Origin: Iphione sp. A-MEVVRFRX5
Lineage: Eukaryota
DNA: 64,000 nucleotides
Assembly (NCBI GenBank): GCA_976226885.1
Contig: OZ320322.1
Location: 49,786,001-49,850,000, forward strand
Direction: 5' to 3'
Part shown: in pieces, positions 11,501 to 23,198 of the stretch
Numbering within the stretch: position 1 is the first letter of the stretch
Layout of the letters: each line of letters opens with the position of its first letter
Program-made: the position numbers and the translations under genes
Notes under the pieces: generated by a model
Told to the model about the DNA's origin: nothing
Database searches by the model: none
The model's input: the letters and a program-made list of their open reading frames with translations, nothing else

Positions 11501-14500
11501 NNNNNNNNNNNNNCCAACCGAAACCGTTGACCGTTTCAGTAATATGCTGCGTCCTGCAAGTTGACCAAACTTTAGTGTTCTTTTTTGCAATTTGTTTACG
11601 ATGTTAATAGCCCAAACTCCTAAACCGTGGGCAAGTACAAGTGTTCTGTTTTTTTTTTTTTTACATTTATCTATTTCTTTTTTTGCCCACGATAACATTG
11701 CGCCTCAACCGTTTTGCCTCGTTTCAATGCTATTTAATCGAAGTTGTACTGTTGTTTCCAAATGAGTCTCAAAATATGACCCGCGTGTAACCTTTTAATG
11801 CCAGGGTTATTTCATTTCAATTCTTGATCTCACTGTCATTATGGAAAGACAGCATATCATATAAGGCTAATTTCCACATACATGTACATGTACCGTTGTT
11901 TCTATGTAGCATGTAGTGTACAAACTATGTGCTTGTGTACCATATTTTGAGACTGGAACGTCCCATTTTGCCATGATCCGTGCTGTGTGTATTCATATTC
12001 TGACTGGGAACTACGGAAATCTACTGGGGGTGTCACATAATGAACGTGCTATAGGCACACACAAGCACAGTGACATGGTTTTACTTTTCATGCTTCTCCA
12101 TGGCCATACACGCTACATGAGTACATGTGAATTAGGCCTTAGTGTGGGTATTTTTGTTGGAGGTGGAAGTGGGGGGGGGGGGTGCATGATTTGGCCATGA
12201 TTGAAAGTATTGATAGAGATGGTCCCCGCTGGTTCAAGTTGGTACGACCGCCTGAAGCTGCTGTCCTCCTTCCCTGAGAAGTAAGGCTTGCCGATCTTCG
12301 AGGTTTCGCGTCCTGGGGCTGCGGTTCTTCCTTTCCTTCCTGTTTGTGGACGTTGTTGTGGACTGTATGTCTACTTTTGTGGTACCTTCTATAAACATGA
12401 GAGGGTATGCTCAGAGAGGAAGTTCTCCAGGTAACGCCTATACAACAAACACCCAACCATGAATAAGCTTGATTTTACCAGATGTATATATGCATACAGT
12501 GGTGTAGTTAAAGACGTAATGTCCATATTCTACTGCAGGCGTATTGATTATATTAGCTTTAGTTTATGAGAAAAAGAAGGGGCCTGCTTCTGGCACAGCG
12601 GTAGAAAAACTCGCTGTTTTGAATGTTCAGATACCAAAATTCCACCAGGTCATACACATGTACGTAATAGTTGGGAAAGAATGTTTCACCACCTTCTGGT
12701 AATGTCTGAGAGTAAAAAAAAACCTAATCGATAACAAGTCACGACTCGGTGGTGAACATTAGGCCTTGATATCAGCACTGTATTACCTCTCTAAGCTAAC
12801 ATTAATGTAGATCGATTAAAAATACAGATAAATGATCCAGACGGTAGAGTGAGTTCTGTGGAGAGCATATCACTGACTCCCTGCTAGGTGGCTGCCGTTC
12901 AGTGAAGAGGTTGATAAGGTCCCTCTGAATATCTAATCAGTTGGTTCGTTGTGTTTAACCAATTAAAACAACGCGGACCTACAGTCTAGGAAATCAATAA
13001 TATTAGGATGTCTGCATCTTCGCACGCCTATATTTTTGTAATGGATCCATAAATATGTAGATCTCTCTCTCTCCTTCACTCTCTCCTTCATCCTTGGAAA
13101 TCTTTCGCATTATATCCCTTTACTCTTGGTCAGATTTTCGCGATATTTCTTCCGTAGAGAGTCTTATATAGTTTATAAGGATTATTCCAAGTATGCTATA
13201 TCTTCATTATGATAGAGAACTCTGCATGGCCGTGGTCTGGCTGTAAATATGATTTAGATGGTTGGTTAAATGAGTTGGTTATATGGTAGATTGAGTTGGT
13301 TGTATGATTAAATGAGTTGGTTGTATGGTTGAATAAGTTGGCTAGTGTCCTGAGACGACTAAAATGATGGACATAGTGCTCTGCAATACCTTAATATTGA
13401 AACCGGTCGCAGGTTTTCAGAGTTGATCACTATCCATAAATTACCCTCATGATGTCTGAAAATAGGAACTGGTAGTGTATCTAAGAAAAGTAAATGATAT
13501 TTAGGTGAGTATGACAAAGCATATACTGTTCGTGATAGCCAGTGTTTGTATGCAAGAAAACAAAATTAATGTTCCCTCTGAACTGAATATAATTTGTAAA
13601 AGTAGCAGCAAGAAGAAAAAATCGAAAATTGATCAAGATACCATCTGAAATCGTTTCTGGCCGAAATGTCCATTCCGATGTTTCTATCTTAAAATATGCT
13701 TTTAGGTAATGAAATGATTTCTTTTTATGCAGGGGAGAAATGGACGAATGGTGTCGCATAATTGATACAACATTGAAGAGTTTGGGCATTCTCCAGGTAA
13801 GAAACATCACCAGCTTTTTTTAAATGTCAAATATATTCGAGACCGCACTATCCATGCTGTACTTTCCCTTGTAATAGTAAAAGGCTCGTCAAGATAGGCG
13901 TGTACAGTATGTGTTAAGTTTTTTCCTTACCCTCTAATAGGTCATTCGCAGAAGTGTAGGTACTCAGGATGACAGTGGGGGCAAACGTATCTGTCAGTTA
14001 GTTGACTCCTGTGTCTTTTCACTGATGAGATAGCTGTCAATCTGTCCAACCCAAACGTTTGTCATGGTGATTATCACTTTAGCACCTAGGCTATTGTTGA
14101 AGCTTCTAATCCCTTCACCCATCCTATATTCGTCCTGCGCCACCCTTCCCTCGTTCTCCCGCCGGTATACGGCCGCGGTATGTTAACGTCACGTGTGAGT
14201 GCACCGTCCTCTGCAAGTCACGGGCGCCACGGTCCGCTGACCACGCTCTGGCTCCCAACACTCTGGGTCATACATAGGCCCGGCCCGTATATTTACCTAT
14301 CCTTCCACTACACTCTCCCCCCGCATGTCGCTGAGGAGTGTCTGTCAAACATCACGACAGCGACTTCGGGGCGCTTTTTGCTGGAGCTGGAGCTTGAGAC
14401 GGGAGCTGTGCATACATGTGTATATTCCTGGCGTTGAACACAGGACGGACAGGCTCGGGGACGGTCCGGCTGAACCTGGGGAAGCCTACACTGCCTACCA

Positions 14501-16544
14501 TATGGGGGAGGAGTGCTGGTTCAGTCAGTATACTGCTCTCCATTCACGAGAACAAGGCCTCGACCTGCCGGTCTTTGGCAAGCTATGGGAGAATCCAGTT
14601 AAGGTGTGAAACGCCTGGATTGAACGGGAGAGGCTGGCTTTTTTAAGACGTCGTTTGACTGCGTTAGGACCGGAGCTCTTCTTAACGGTACCTAAGTGGT
14701 AAGTATGCGCTGTGCGTGTATGTGCAGACTTTTTGACCCCCCCCCCCCCTCTTTGTATAGGTTAGGAAGGACTGCTGTCAGATACAACCTAGTATTCTGC
14801 ATGGAAATGATATACACCTGAGGGGAATTCAGGTGAAGCAGAGGAGGGGAACGCCTGTAAATCGTACCTGCGATATTTAGATCTGCCGTCCGGTGTGTTG
14901 AATTCATACACGTATGGGAACACCACACCGGTAGGTGGTTTCATGCTTGGCCTGTATTAACGCGTTAATTACCGCGTAGGTATGGTTTCTGTTTAAATAT
15001 GCATTTATTAAAAGTAAGGGTGGGTGTGAGTGTGCGAGCATGCGTGCGTGTTTAGATAAGCTTGTGAAAGTAATTTATTCTGACATGCTCTGCTCAGGAT
15101 AAAAGACATGAGTAAACATCCTAGTTGAATAGTCTAGGGACACACTGGTTAACGGGACTGAGTAGCCCAAGCTAGTGATCTTGTGTGTTAAAATGGATGA
15201 TGTGTGGCTTTAAAACCTCGTAGTAGGACATTCATAACCAGTACTATACTTTGGCGAGGTGACCTGGGTAACATTTACAGTCTCATGTATAAAATGTTGT
15301 GTTTACATGTTCGATCAAAAACATAGTGTTTTCCCTGATGGGGCGACATAAGTATTTGGTCAGGTTGAACATGGTGTATGTAGGGGAGTACGTGTGTGCC
15401 AGGTCACCATATAAACTTCCTCTCCGACCTGAACGCCTATTACCAGGGTCACTACTTTGAGGCAAGGCTGAGGGCAGAGTCGGGACCTACCAGGGTCTCA
15501 GCGCGGGGTACACTGGCTGTCACATTCTAATATTCTCTTTGCTCACAAGCCGGGAACTTTTTAACGCACCTGATTTAACCCGCACCACACCTCGTCACGG
15601 GTTGGCAGTGATTTCCATAGGTACAACACGTATTTCACGGAAAGTCGGTCAGGGATTAGGCCAGCGAATCATGAAACGTCGTCTCCATCCACACACAAAG
15701 GACTTGGTCAAGTAGGAAACGAAATCTTGGTCTTGGGATAGGTTTTGGTCTAGGAACTTTCCAGAATGATCAGATCAGAACGACTTAGTTTATCAACCCG
15801 CAGTAGTAGTCTCTAATAGAGAAATAAGTACATAGGAGTGGGATTTCTAGTGACTTCTCAGATGGATCAAGGGTTTTTTCCCTACATATTCATCGACCAC
15901 TTTGGAGGCCACAGCTCTGCCCACTGTAATAGTTCACATGCATTTTCTAGGCGTCAGCTATATTTCGACACTCTTAATGAAAAAAATACTTGACGTAACA
16001 CGACCAAACGTACAGCTAATGAATCACACGCCGTATTTCTATGTGCAGTATGTCTAAAGATATCCATAGCTCTCACTTCCTTCATTGCTCGACATCTTTG
16101 TCTGTGACGTCAATTCCTGCCCTGTTTTAAAGTTGCAATCTGATTGGCCAGTCCAACTAACATTGCAGAAACATTCAGTTAATAGTAGATCTTCCCGTAA
16201 TGTTGATCTCTCTGCGTACATAAAATATTGTCAGGGTCTGTTTAGTATTTTTAACTATGTGTGACAGCATGCCAGTGGGGTAAAACATTGCCGTAACCTT
16301 TTTTTTAATAAGATGTAACTAGATTGCATCTTTTGTAGAGAGGGGAGACGGCAGTCGTGGGCTTCCTTAATCTCTTTCAGTGTTTTTTAAGCGTCATACA
16401 CAATTTCTTTGACCAGTGGTGCTTCTCCTAGCCTATGAGAGAAGGAGGGACGGTTTGGAATAGAGAATGAGGGAAGGAGGAACTGAGGGAAGAGAGGAGC
16501 TTGGAACATGAGTACTACAACACTGAGTCACCCCCTTACACACA

Positions 16545-16616
<72 letters not shown>

Positions 16617-19600
16617 CACACATCCACCAACGACCACCCTCTCTGTCTCCATCTCTCTCTGTATTCATTATCTTTTAGGCAACCTCCAGTGCAACTTTTT
16701 AATATTCATTTTCATTTCCCTAGCCATTGATACCATATGGTGAAGCCTGACTTTCAGTATAGTTATGATCAATTGTCAGTTTTGTAGCTTCCTGATTTCT
16801 GTAAAAGGTTGAAATGATTTACCCAAATTCTCAGTGTCATTCAAAAGGAACAAGGCGACTCAAGGGCGATAAATATGGTTCTTTATAAATGCAATTGATG
16901 ATAGATAATGCCTATATCAGTGGTTTGAAAACTCACGTTTTGTTTTCCTCTCCAGCCGGATGGAAACCTCTACTCTGTACAACCATCGCCAACATTACCC
17001 AGTCACAACCACCTTGTGAGCAGTCCTCAGTCGACCGTGCCCAGCCAGAGCAACTCACAGCGCGATCCGACCTCTCCTCTGCCGCCAGCACCTGCTTTTG
17101 GTCTGCTCGTGGATGCTCCACCACCGCCTCTTGTCCGCCCACCTGTGCCTCTACCTCCAGCCGTCACTGCTGCCCCTCTTGCTGAGCTACAGCTGAGTGA
17201 GCCCACTTTGCTGGATCTTTCCCACCTGGAGAACGCCATGAATGAGCATCAGGGAAATGCGGCTGTGGAGGCCAGTGGTGAGGTATATGAGCCCCTATGG
17301 GAGCCACAGTCTGGCCCACCTGCCGGTAATAACACAGGCCCAACTGCCAGTGGGGCAGCTGCCTCCCCTGATGGAGTGGCTCCACCTATCCCACGGAGGT
17401 CAACGTCCCGTAGTCAGCCAACACCCAGTACAACTGGGGCAGCCCCCAGCCCTGTACACCCTGCCGGTAGGGGACAGCAGCAGCAGCAGCAGCAGACACA
17501 GAGGGAGCCAGCACAGTATGGGTGTATATGGAGTGGGGGGTCCGCTGGTGCTGCAGGTCAGCGCCGACGGACCTGTGCTGGACCAGAAGTCACAACACCA
17601 GCAACAACAACAACAACAACTAGCCTTCAGCCACCTCGGTACACAGAGCATGATGAGACCAGTCCACAGCTGCAGCCGGCACGGCCCACTTCTCTTGCCA
17701 GTGTTGATGTCCGTGGTCTCCCACCATGGACACCACCAACAGGGTCGGCATCAAATCCCTCTGCAACACGCTCACCTGTGTCCTCCTCCCAAGCACGCAT
17801 GGCTGGCCCACATGCATCATCCAGTGTGCCACCTTACACTGTAGGAGCCTCCATGGGAGCAACAGTCAGCCCACTGTCAGCGGCCAGCCCCCAGGGCACC
17901 ACTGCCTCCCCTGCGGAAGGCGGTGCACCATCCAAGATGATGGAGGCCCTGGGCCTGCAAGGGGATGGGGGAGGTGGGAGCGATGGTGTTTACGGTTGGA
18001 ATGCACCACCACTTGATGACCATGATGCACCGCCACCTTACATGCCACGCGCAGCAGCCCGTGGCCCCGTGAAGTCACTCAAAGAGACTCAGGTGGAGGC
18101 CTTGGAGAAGGAGATGAACCATGCGGGTGGTGTGAAGGTCATCCTGCGGAAACTTGACTGTCACCTCACCATTGCCTGGGTGGAGTGCTGCTCTGGCGTC
18201 TGGTAGGTGGGCTCTTGTGTGTGTCTAACTAATTGTAAAGTACTTGCAGGTATACCTCTGACAGCAAAGCATCTGTGAACGAAACCTCTTCATAACAAAG
18301 TTGGTTATTCCTGAAGGCTTTGTGGCCTGAGACCCCTTATCACCAAATTATGTTTCGAAAGTTTCACTGACAAGTAAGAATACAAACTAAGCATCTGCAG
18401 TTATGATAAAAAAATTCATTTTATAACATGTTCTACAAAACCGATGTAAATTGAGGCTGAAGTGACTTGCCTGTGAAAACGAAGTGAAGGAACACACTTA
18501 TTGTTAACAGAGGTATCTGTATCTGGAATTGTTGTCTTTTTAGGATAATGCTTTACTTGCATCACCACAGTAAAAGGTTTTTAATAGTTGCCGGTTTGGC
18601 TAAAGCTCTATAAAAAGTGTAAAGAAGTTATTTTTAAAGCCAAGATACCTTCCCAAAGTGGGCATTGGCGTAGGAATATAGACAGAAACGGGGTTACCCA
18701 GTCATAATATCATCACGTCAATTCTCCCTCTTGAAAGTCACGTAGCACACGGGCTGCACTCTTGACCTGTATGTGTGCGTGTCTGTGTATGTGTATGTAT
18801 TCAGTGAAACCTCACCCTACGGGTAGCTCAGAATTAAGGTTGACAGTCATTGCGGCTACTTTTGCTCAGAATAGATAGTTTTCCTGAATATTTCAATATA
18901 CGAAATGCTTATAAGTGCCGTCAATACGACAGTACAGTTACCTGACCCTCTGGTCAGGCCATTGTTTGGTACACAAAGCCCTATTTTATTCTGAAATACA
19001 GTCAAACAGCCTATGAAAAAATATCCACTGACCCAACAGGATGAAATCACCTGATGACAGTTTCTCGATGACTTCGGTCAGCTACACCTCTTATTTAACA
19101 CCTCTTAAATAATATAGGCACCACGAAAAGCATCGAAATGACAAGGGATTAGCATAAACGTGGGCTTCAGTTGGCCTTACATCTTACTCTTAGGCCGGCT
19201 TTCCATGCATACAAATTTTTTTCTGTACTGCATGCTAGTCCAGAAAATTGCATGGAGGGATGTTTTCCATGCATCAGGAAATGTGTGTGCATGCGTGCAT
19301 GCATGCGTGCATGTTGAGGCATTGAGTCATGTTGAACCGCATAGGGTCGTTTTTCTTAGGGAGCATGGAGCCCGGGCTCTGGATGAAATCTCCATACACA
19401 TGGAAAGCCAGCCTTACTCTTAATTCAGTCGAAAAACGTGAAACAGCTGTCTGTGTCAGTGGACTACCCTGTTGTGACAAATGGAATGCAGTTGTCATGC
19501 CTCCTGCCCAAAGATATGTATGGTCACATGATAGGAGTTAAAGGGGAGATAAAACAGTTCCCTCATCAAACCAGTGGTTTGAGGCTTAGGGAAATGCTAA

Positions 19601-22600
19601 ATCTATATTAAATAGAACCTGTGGAACCACAGCTGTATGATACTGAGCCAATCATAAGGAAGCACCGAGCCTCCAGGGTAGTTTTCTAAAAAATCTAGGG
19701 TCAGCTGTAATGCCACAGCGACCCTCAGTACATGTGTACCAAGTCTAGTACTCTTGCACCCACCCTGTACAAATGATGTGCCTCGACTATGGTACCACAC
19801 TTTACTGTGCCCACGGGGCGCTCCAATGTCTCAATCTGTGGCACCAAAGATCAAGGCTCGCTCTTGCGCTCCACTACAGTAGGGTTATAAATGTCCAAGA
19901 CTTCCATTGTGCAGCTTACGGCGGGATCTAAGTCCAACAAGACTATGCTTGGCTGTAAGCTACTTGGTGTAAATTAAGGTTCTGGTACTCAGGAATGAAT
20001 ACAGGGGATCATGACGTCTTGTATACGCACAATAACTCAGGTACCATTTCTTAGTGTTTTGATACGTAGATGACAAATTTTAACTCGGTATATGCCCTCT
20101 AGAAGGCCTCCATGAAAAAAGCCCTTACATAGCATCCTTGATGACCATAAAAAAATAACAGGGTGACCCAAGTTTGGGTCATGACCCAGGGGTTAGGAAG
20201 CCCGCCCTAGAAGATGGCGTGTAGCAAGGCATGAAAGAACGTGATAGCAGTCCTCATGTTTTAGCTCGGTTATTTACTAGGATGTCACAATAGACAGTGT
20301 ACTGCGTGAATTGTCAAGGTTCCATTTTCGTCACCCCTCCTCCGACTGATATCATTCGGAGAGAAAGGGTGTGAGGTGGGAAGGGGAGTGGAGATGGGGA
20401 TGGAGGTAGGTTGATGATCACTAGAGTGTCATGTATACAAGAGGTCACTTTAACTTTCATCTCTGTGGGTGTGTACCCCAGGTGACCAATAATATACTTC
20501 ACGAGGCATTTACTTAAGAGAATAGTGTTGGCTATGGTGTCACAATCTTCGGTGATGCCGCTTTAAATTGAAGTATGGTTAGTGAATTGTTTTCCCTTCG
20601 TTTCTCTCCCTCAGACATATGTTGGTATTTTCAGAGCAGTAGAGACCTAGTCCATTATCACAAGTGGTAAGGGAGACATGGGTTGACCCAGATTCCCATA
20701 CTTGGTCCCGTTGATCAAACTGAAGAAATTTTTTTTCACTGAAGTCACCGAGTACATGTATTCTGACAGATCAGCATGTTTCAATTTATCTAGATACAAT
20801 AAATATCACTCATAGCTAGAAAATACAGGGATACCATTGTTAACGAAGTGACTATGTTCCTAGAAATTTCTTTCGTTATCAGAAGCGTCGTTAAACACAA
20901 GCATGTATATTAGCATTGGGAACCCTCACATTTTATCTGAAATAACTAACTTTAGCACTAGAGGCAGACACAGACAACTGTGTCTGTCCTCTAATACAAA
21001 GTCATGATCGCATTTCACTGGAAAGTTCATGTAATCCACTAAATTTATACTGTTGAGTTGGACTTGGGAATAAAGAGGCTTCGTTCCCAAGTATGTATTC
21101 ACTACAAGGCCGAATAAAAACAACTTAGCTCTTGACACACACAGTAGGCACCACAATTGACCGGTACGTGTTTATGACTCGCCAGGATCGCCGGATGGAA
21201 CCAGAAGTCGAGGCCTTTCCTCCACAACGCCTTCCACGTCGGCGACCAGGTGGTCTCCATCAACGGACAGGTGGTGGAGAGTGCGCGCATGGCCCACAAG
21301 CTCATCAAACACAGCGGCGACTCGGCGCGCATCACCTTCATCCTGCGGCGCGTGCCGCACGCGCGCGTCTTCGCGCTGAAGCGGGCGGAGGACGGCGAGA
21401 ACCTGGGCCTCCGACGCGAGGGCGGCACGGGGGAGGTGAGTAGCGGGGCGGGACTTTCACGGGGCATGCCTAAATCTCTCGCTGTAACTTTGGTCGGTAC
21501 TATTGTGATTTTATGGTCAGCATTATTACCAAGAGGTTAAAACTTGCTCATTTAGTAGACTGCTCCAGGTAGGCTATCAGGTCAGTGAGCTCGTTCTTCT
21601 TCTTAAGACCAGCAAACACCATCTTTGTGCCTGGGATGTATTTCTTGTGGTTCTCCAGGTATATCCACAGGGTGTCCCATGCCCATTTACATTCGACCTG
21701 AACTGCGCTACTATGAGTGACCCACCGCTGACTCATGCCTGAGAAACTTAGGCCAGTAACTTTGTACCTAACCTGCCCTAGTGTCACTGACCCGTGCCTA
21801 TGAAGCTTGGACACTGTCCATCCGTCGTCACTTGTCTTTTGATTGAAATGGCGTGATGGAACTTACACATCAACCAGGTTCACTTCTGGTTGACTACCGA
21901 TGCCACTGAAACACTTCATGACTACAGATCCTCCCTGTATTGTGAAAGCTTGCCCTTAACTAAGAAAGGAAAAAGAGTTTTAGTTGGGCCAGCAGTAAAA
22001 GATAAGTCAGGAAGGACTATGTGCAAGCCTCCTAGGGACAGGTCAGTTACTATTTAGAATAAAAGCAAGCCCGCGTCTTTTTTTTATCACACACACTTTC
22101 AGACAACGTCGTCCTATCATTTGTCTCATCTCAACGACGTCTTTGAAAATGATATTTATCAGGAGTATTTTCCCATCATTTTTGGATGTTTTAAATAGAT
22201 TCGGTCACGATGAATCTGTAGCTAGCCCGAAGTACAGTGGTTAAGAACATATTTATGACTCACCTAACTTGCTTCTTCCATTCGGTAATCCTTATGAACC
22301 TCAGGGCTGGGGACGTCCAAAACAGCGGACACCCCTAGACTTTTGGCTGGAACAGTTTATTATTTGGGCCATAAATAACACCGTCCACGATTGAGGACAC
22401 ATCCTGAAATACGGACATTTTTACCTGGAAACCAAAGAGGTCCCAAGTTATGGGGTTCTGTCGTACCGAAAACTGCTGATGTCGATGTGTATGAAATGTT
22501 CACTCCCTCCTGTAAACGTGCAGATCCTGGAGGTAGAACCGTACGGTGTGGCTGGGCGGCATGGAGTACCGGCGCGGGCGCCAAGCCTCGACCGTCGCGG

Positions 22601-23198
22601 CCTCTGTAACTGGTTCATCACGGAGATCAACATGAGGCCAGTCAGTCTCTTCTTCAAGGAAGACGAGGTGCGCATTCAACTGACGACTACGTTGTCTTAA
22701 GATGTTGCATTAGAACGACGTTACCTTTGGAACCAGGCCATCTTGGTTCCTGTGAAAGGAGTTGCTTAGATTTGTGAAAAGAAATGAAGTGTTGAATATT
22801 TCAAAATTGTGATTATTTTTTGTGGTAATCACCATGTGATAAAATTCATTGTATTTTAAAATTGTAAGAATATTTAGTGGTTACCACCATGTGATAAATT
22901 CAGTTTTACTGTCAGGTTCAAATTGTTTTTAATACCTGACATGAAGGAGCATTTCAGATTTTTATACACATATATATTTCATTTACCAAGATTTTTTTCC
23001 ACGGCAGGCTCTACTAAAATACATTCGTGCTTGCTGCTGTTCTGAATGCCTGACACTTACTCATTTCAGATCGAAAAACGCTTGAATGCGGTTGGCAAGG
23101 ACATATCCATATTAATCCAACCCACTGAATTCATCAATGAGATGAAAGCTCAACTGAAGAAGAACTTCAAGAATTACAAAGATTTCATCGTGCAATAA
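8566..23198 (+). CDS. Uncharacterised adaptor: N-terminal PH domain, long Pro/Thr/Gln-rich linker, C-terminal tandem PDZ-like domains (~712 aa, 7 coding exons)
   Basis: Exons 8566-8649, 11104-11324, 13733-13796, 16956-18202, 21186-21435, 22524-22667, 23070-23198. All are GT-AG, phases match (0,2,0,2,0,0), total 2139 nt. PH signatures: [36 protein letters not shown] signatures: [32 protein letters not shown]. Ends ...KNYKDFIVQ*. Additional phase-0 exons between 13797 and 16955 cannot be excluded. Confidence 0.88.
13258..13345 (+). repeat. ~21-bp tandem repeat, about 4 copies (GAGTTGGTTGTATGGTTAAAT-like)
   Basis: Directly visible direct repeats in intron 2 of the PH-PDZ gene. Confidence 0.8.
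16538..16622 (+). repeat. (CA)n microsatellite
   Basis: About 40 nearly perfect CA units. Confidence 0.98.
21548..21685 (-). pseudogene. CYCS: Cytochrome c pseudogene fragment (C-terminal ~45 aa), antisense within intron 5 of the PH-PDZ gene
   Basis: Translates to [45 protein letters not shown], matching cytochrome c ~W59 to the end. The invariant ENPKKY is ENHKKY and ER is EL. No CxxCH haem motif or N-terminal half is visible upstream. Confidence 0.9.

Noticed and set aside
11011-11698. ORFs containing X runs (also near 36.1-36.4 kb and 58.5-58.9 kb)
   Set aside because: These are artefacts of reading through N gaps; gene models on both sides of the first two gaps join in phase without needing gap sequence.
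14180-14646. GC-richer intronic block with several 76-94 aa ORFs
   Set aside because: No recognisable domain or phase-compatible splice sites; probably TE-derived.
21548-21814. 88-aa ORF as a functional cytochrome c
   Set aside because: The first ~43 aa are unrelated to cytochrome c, there is no CxxCH, and conserved residues are altered.
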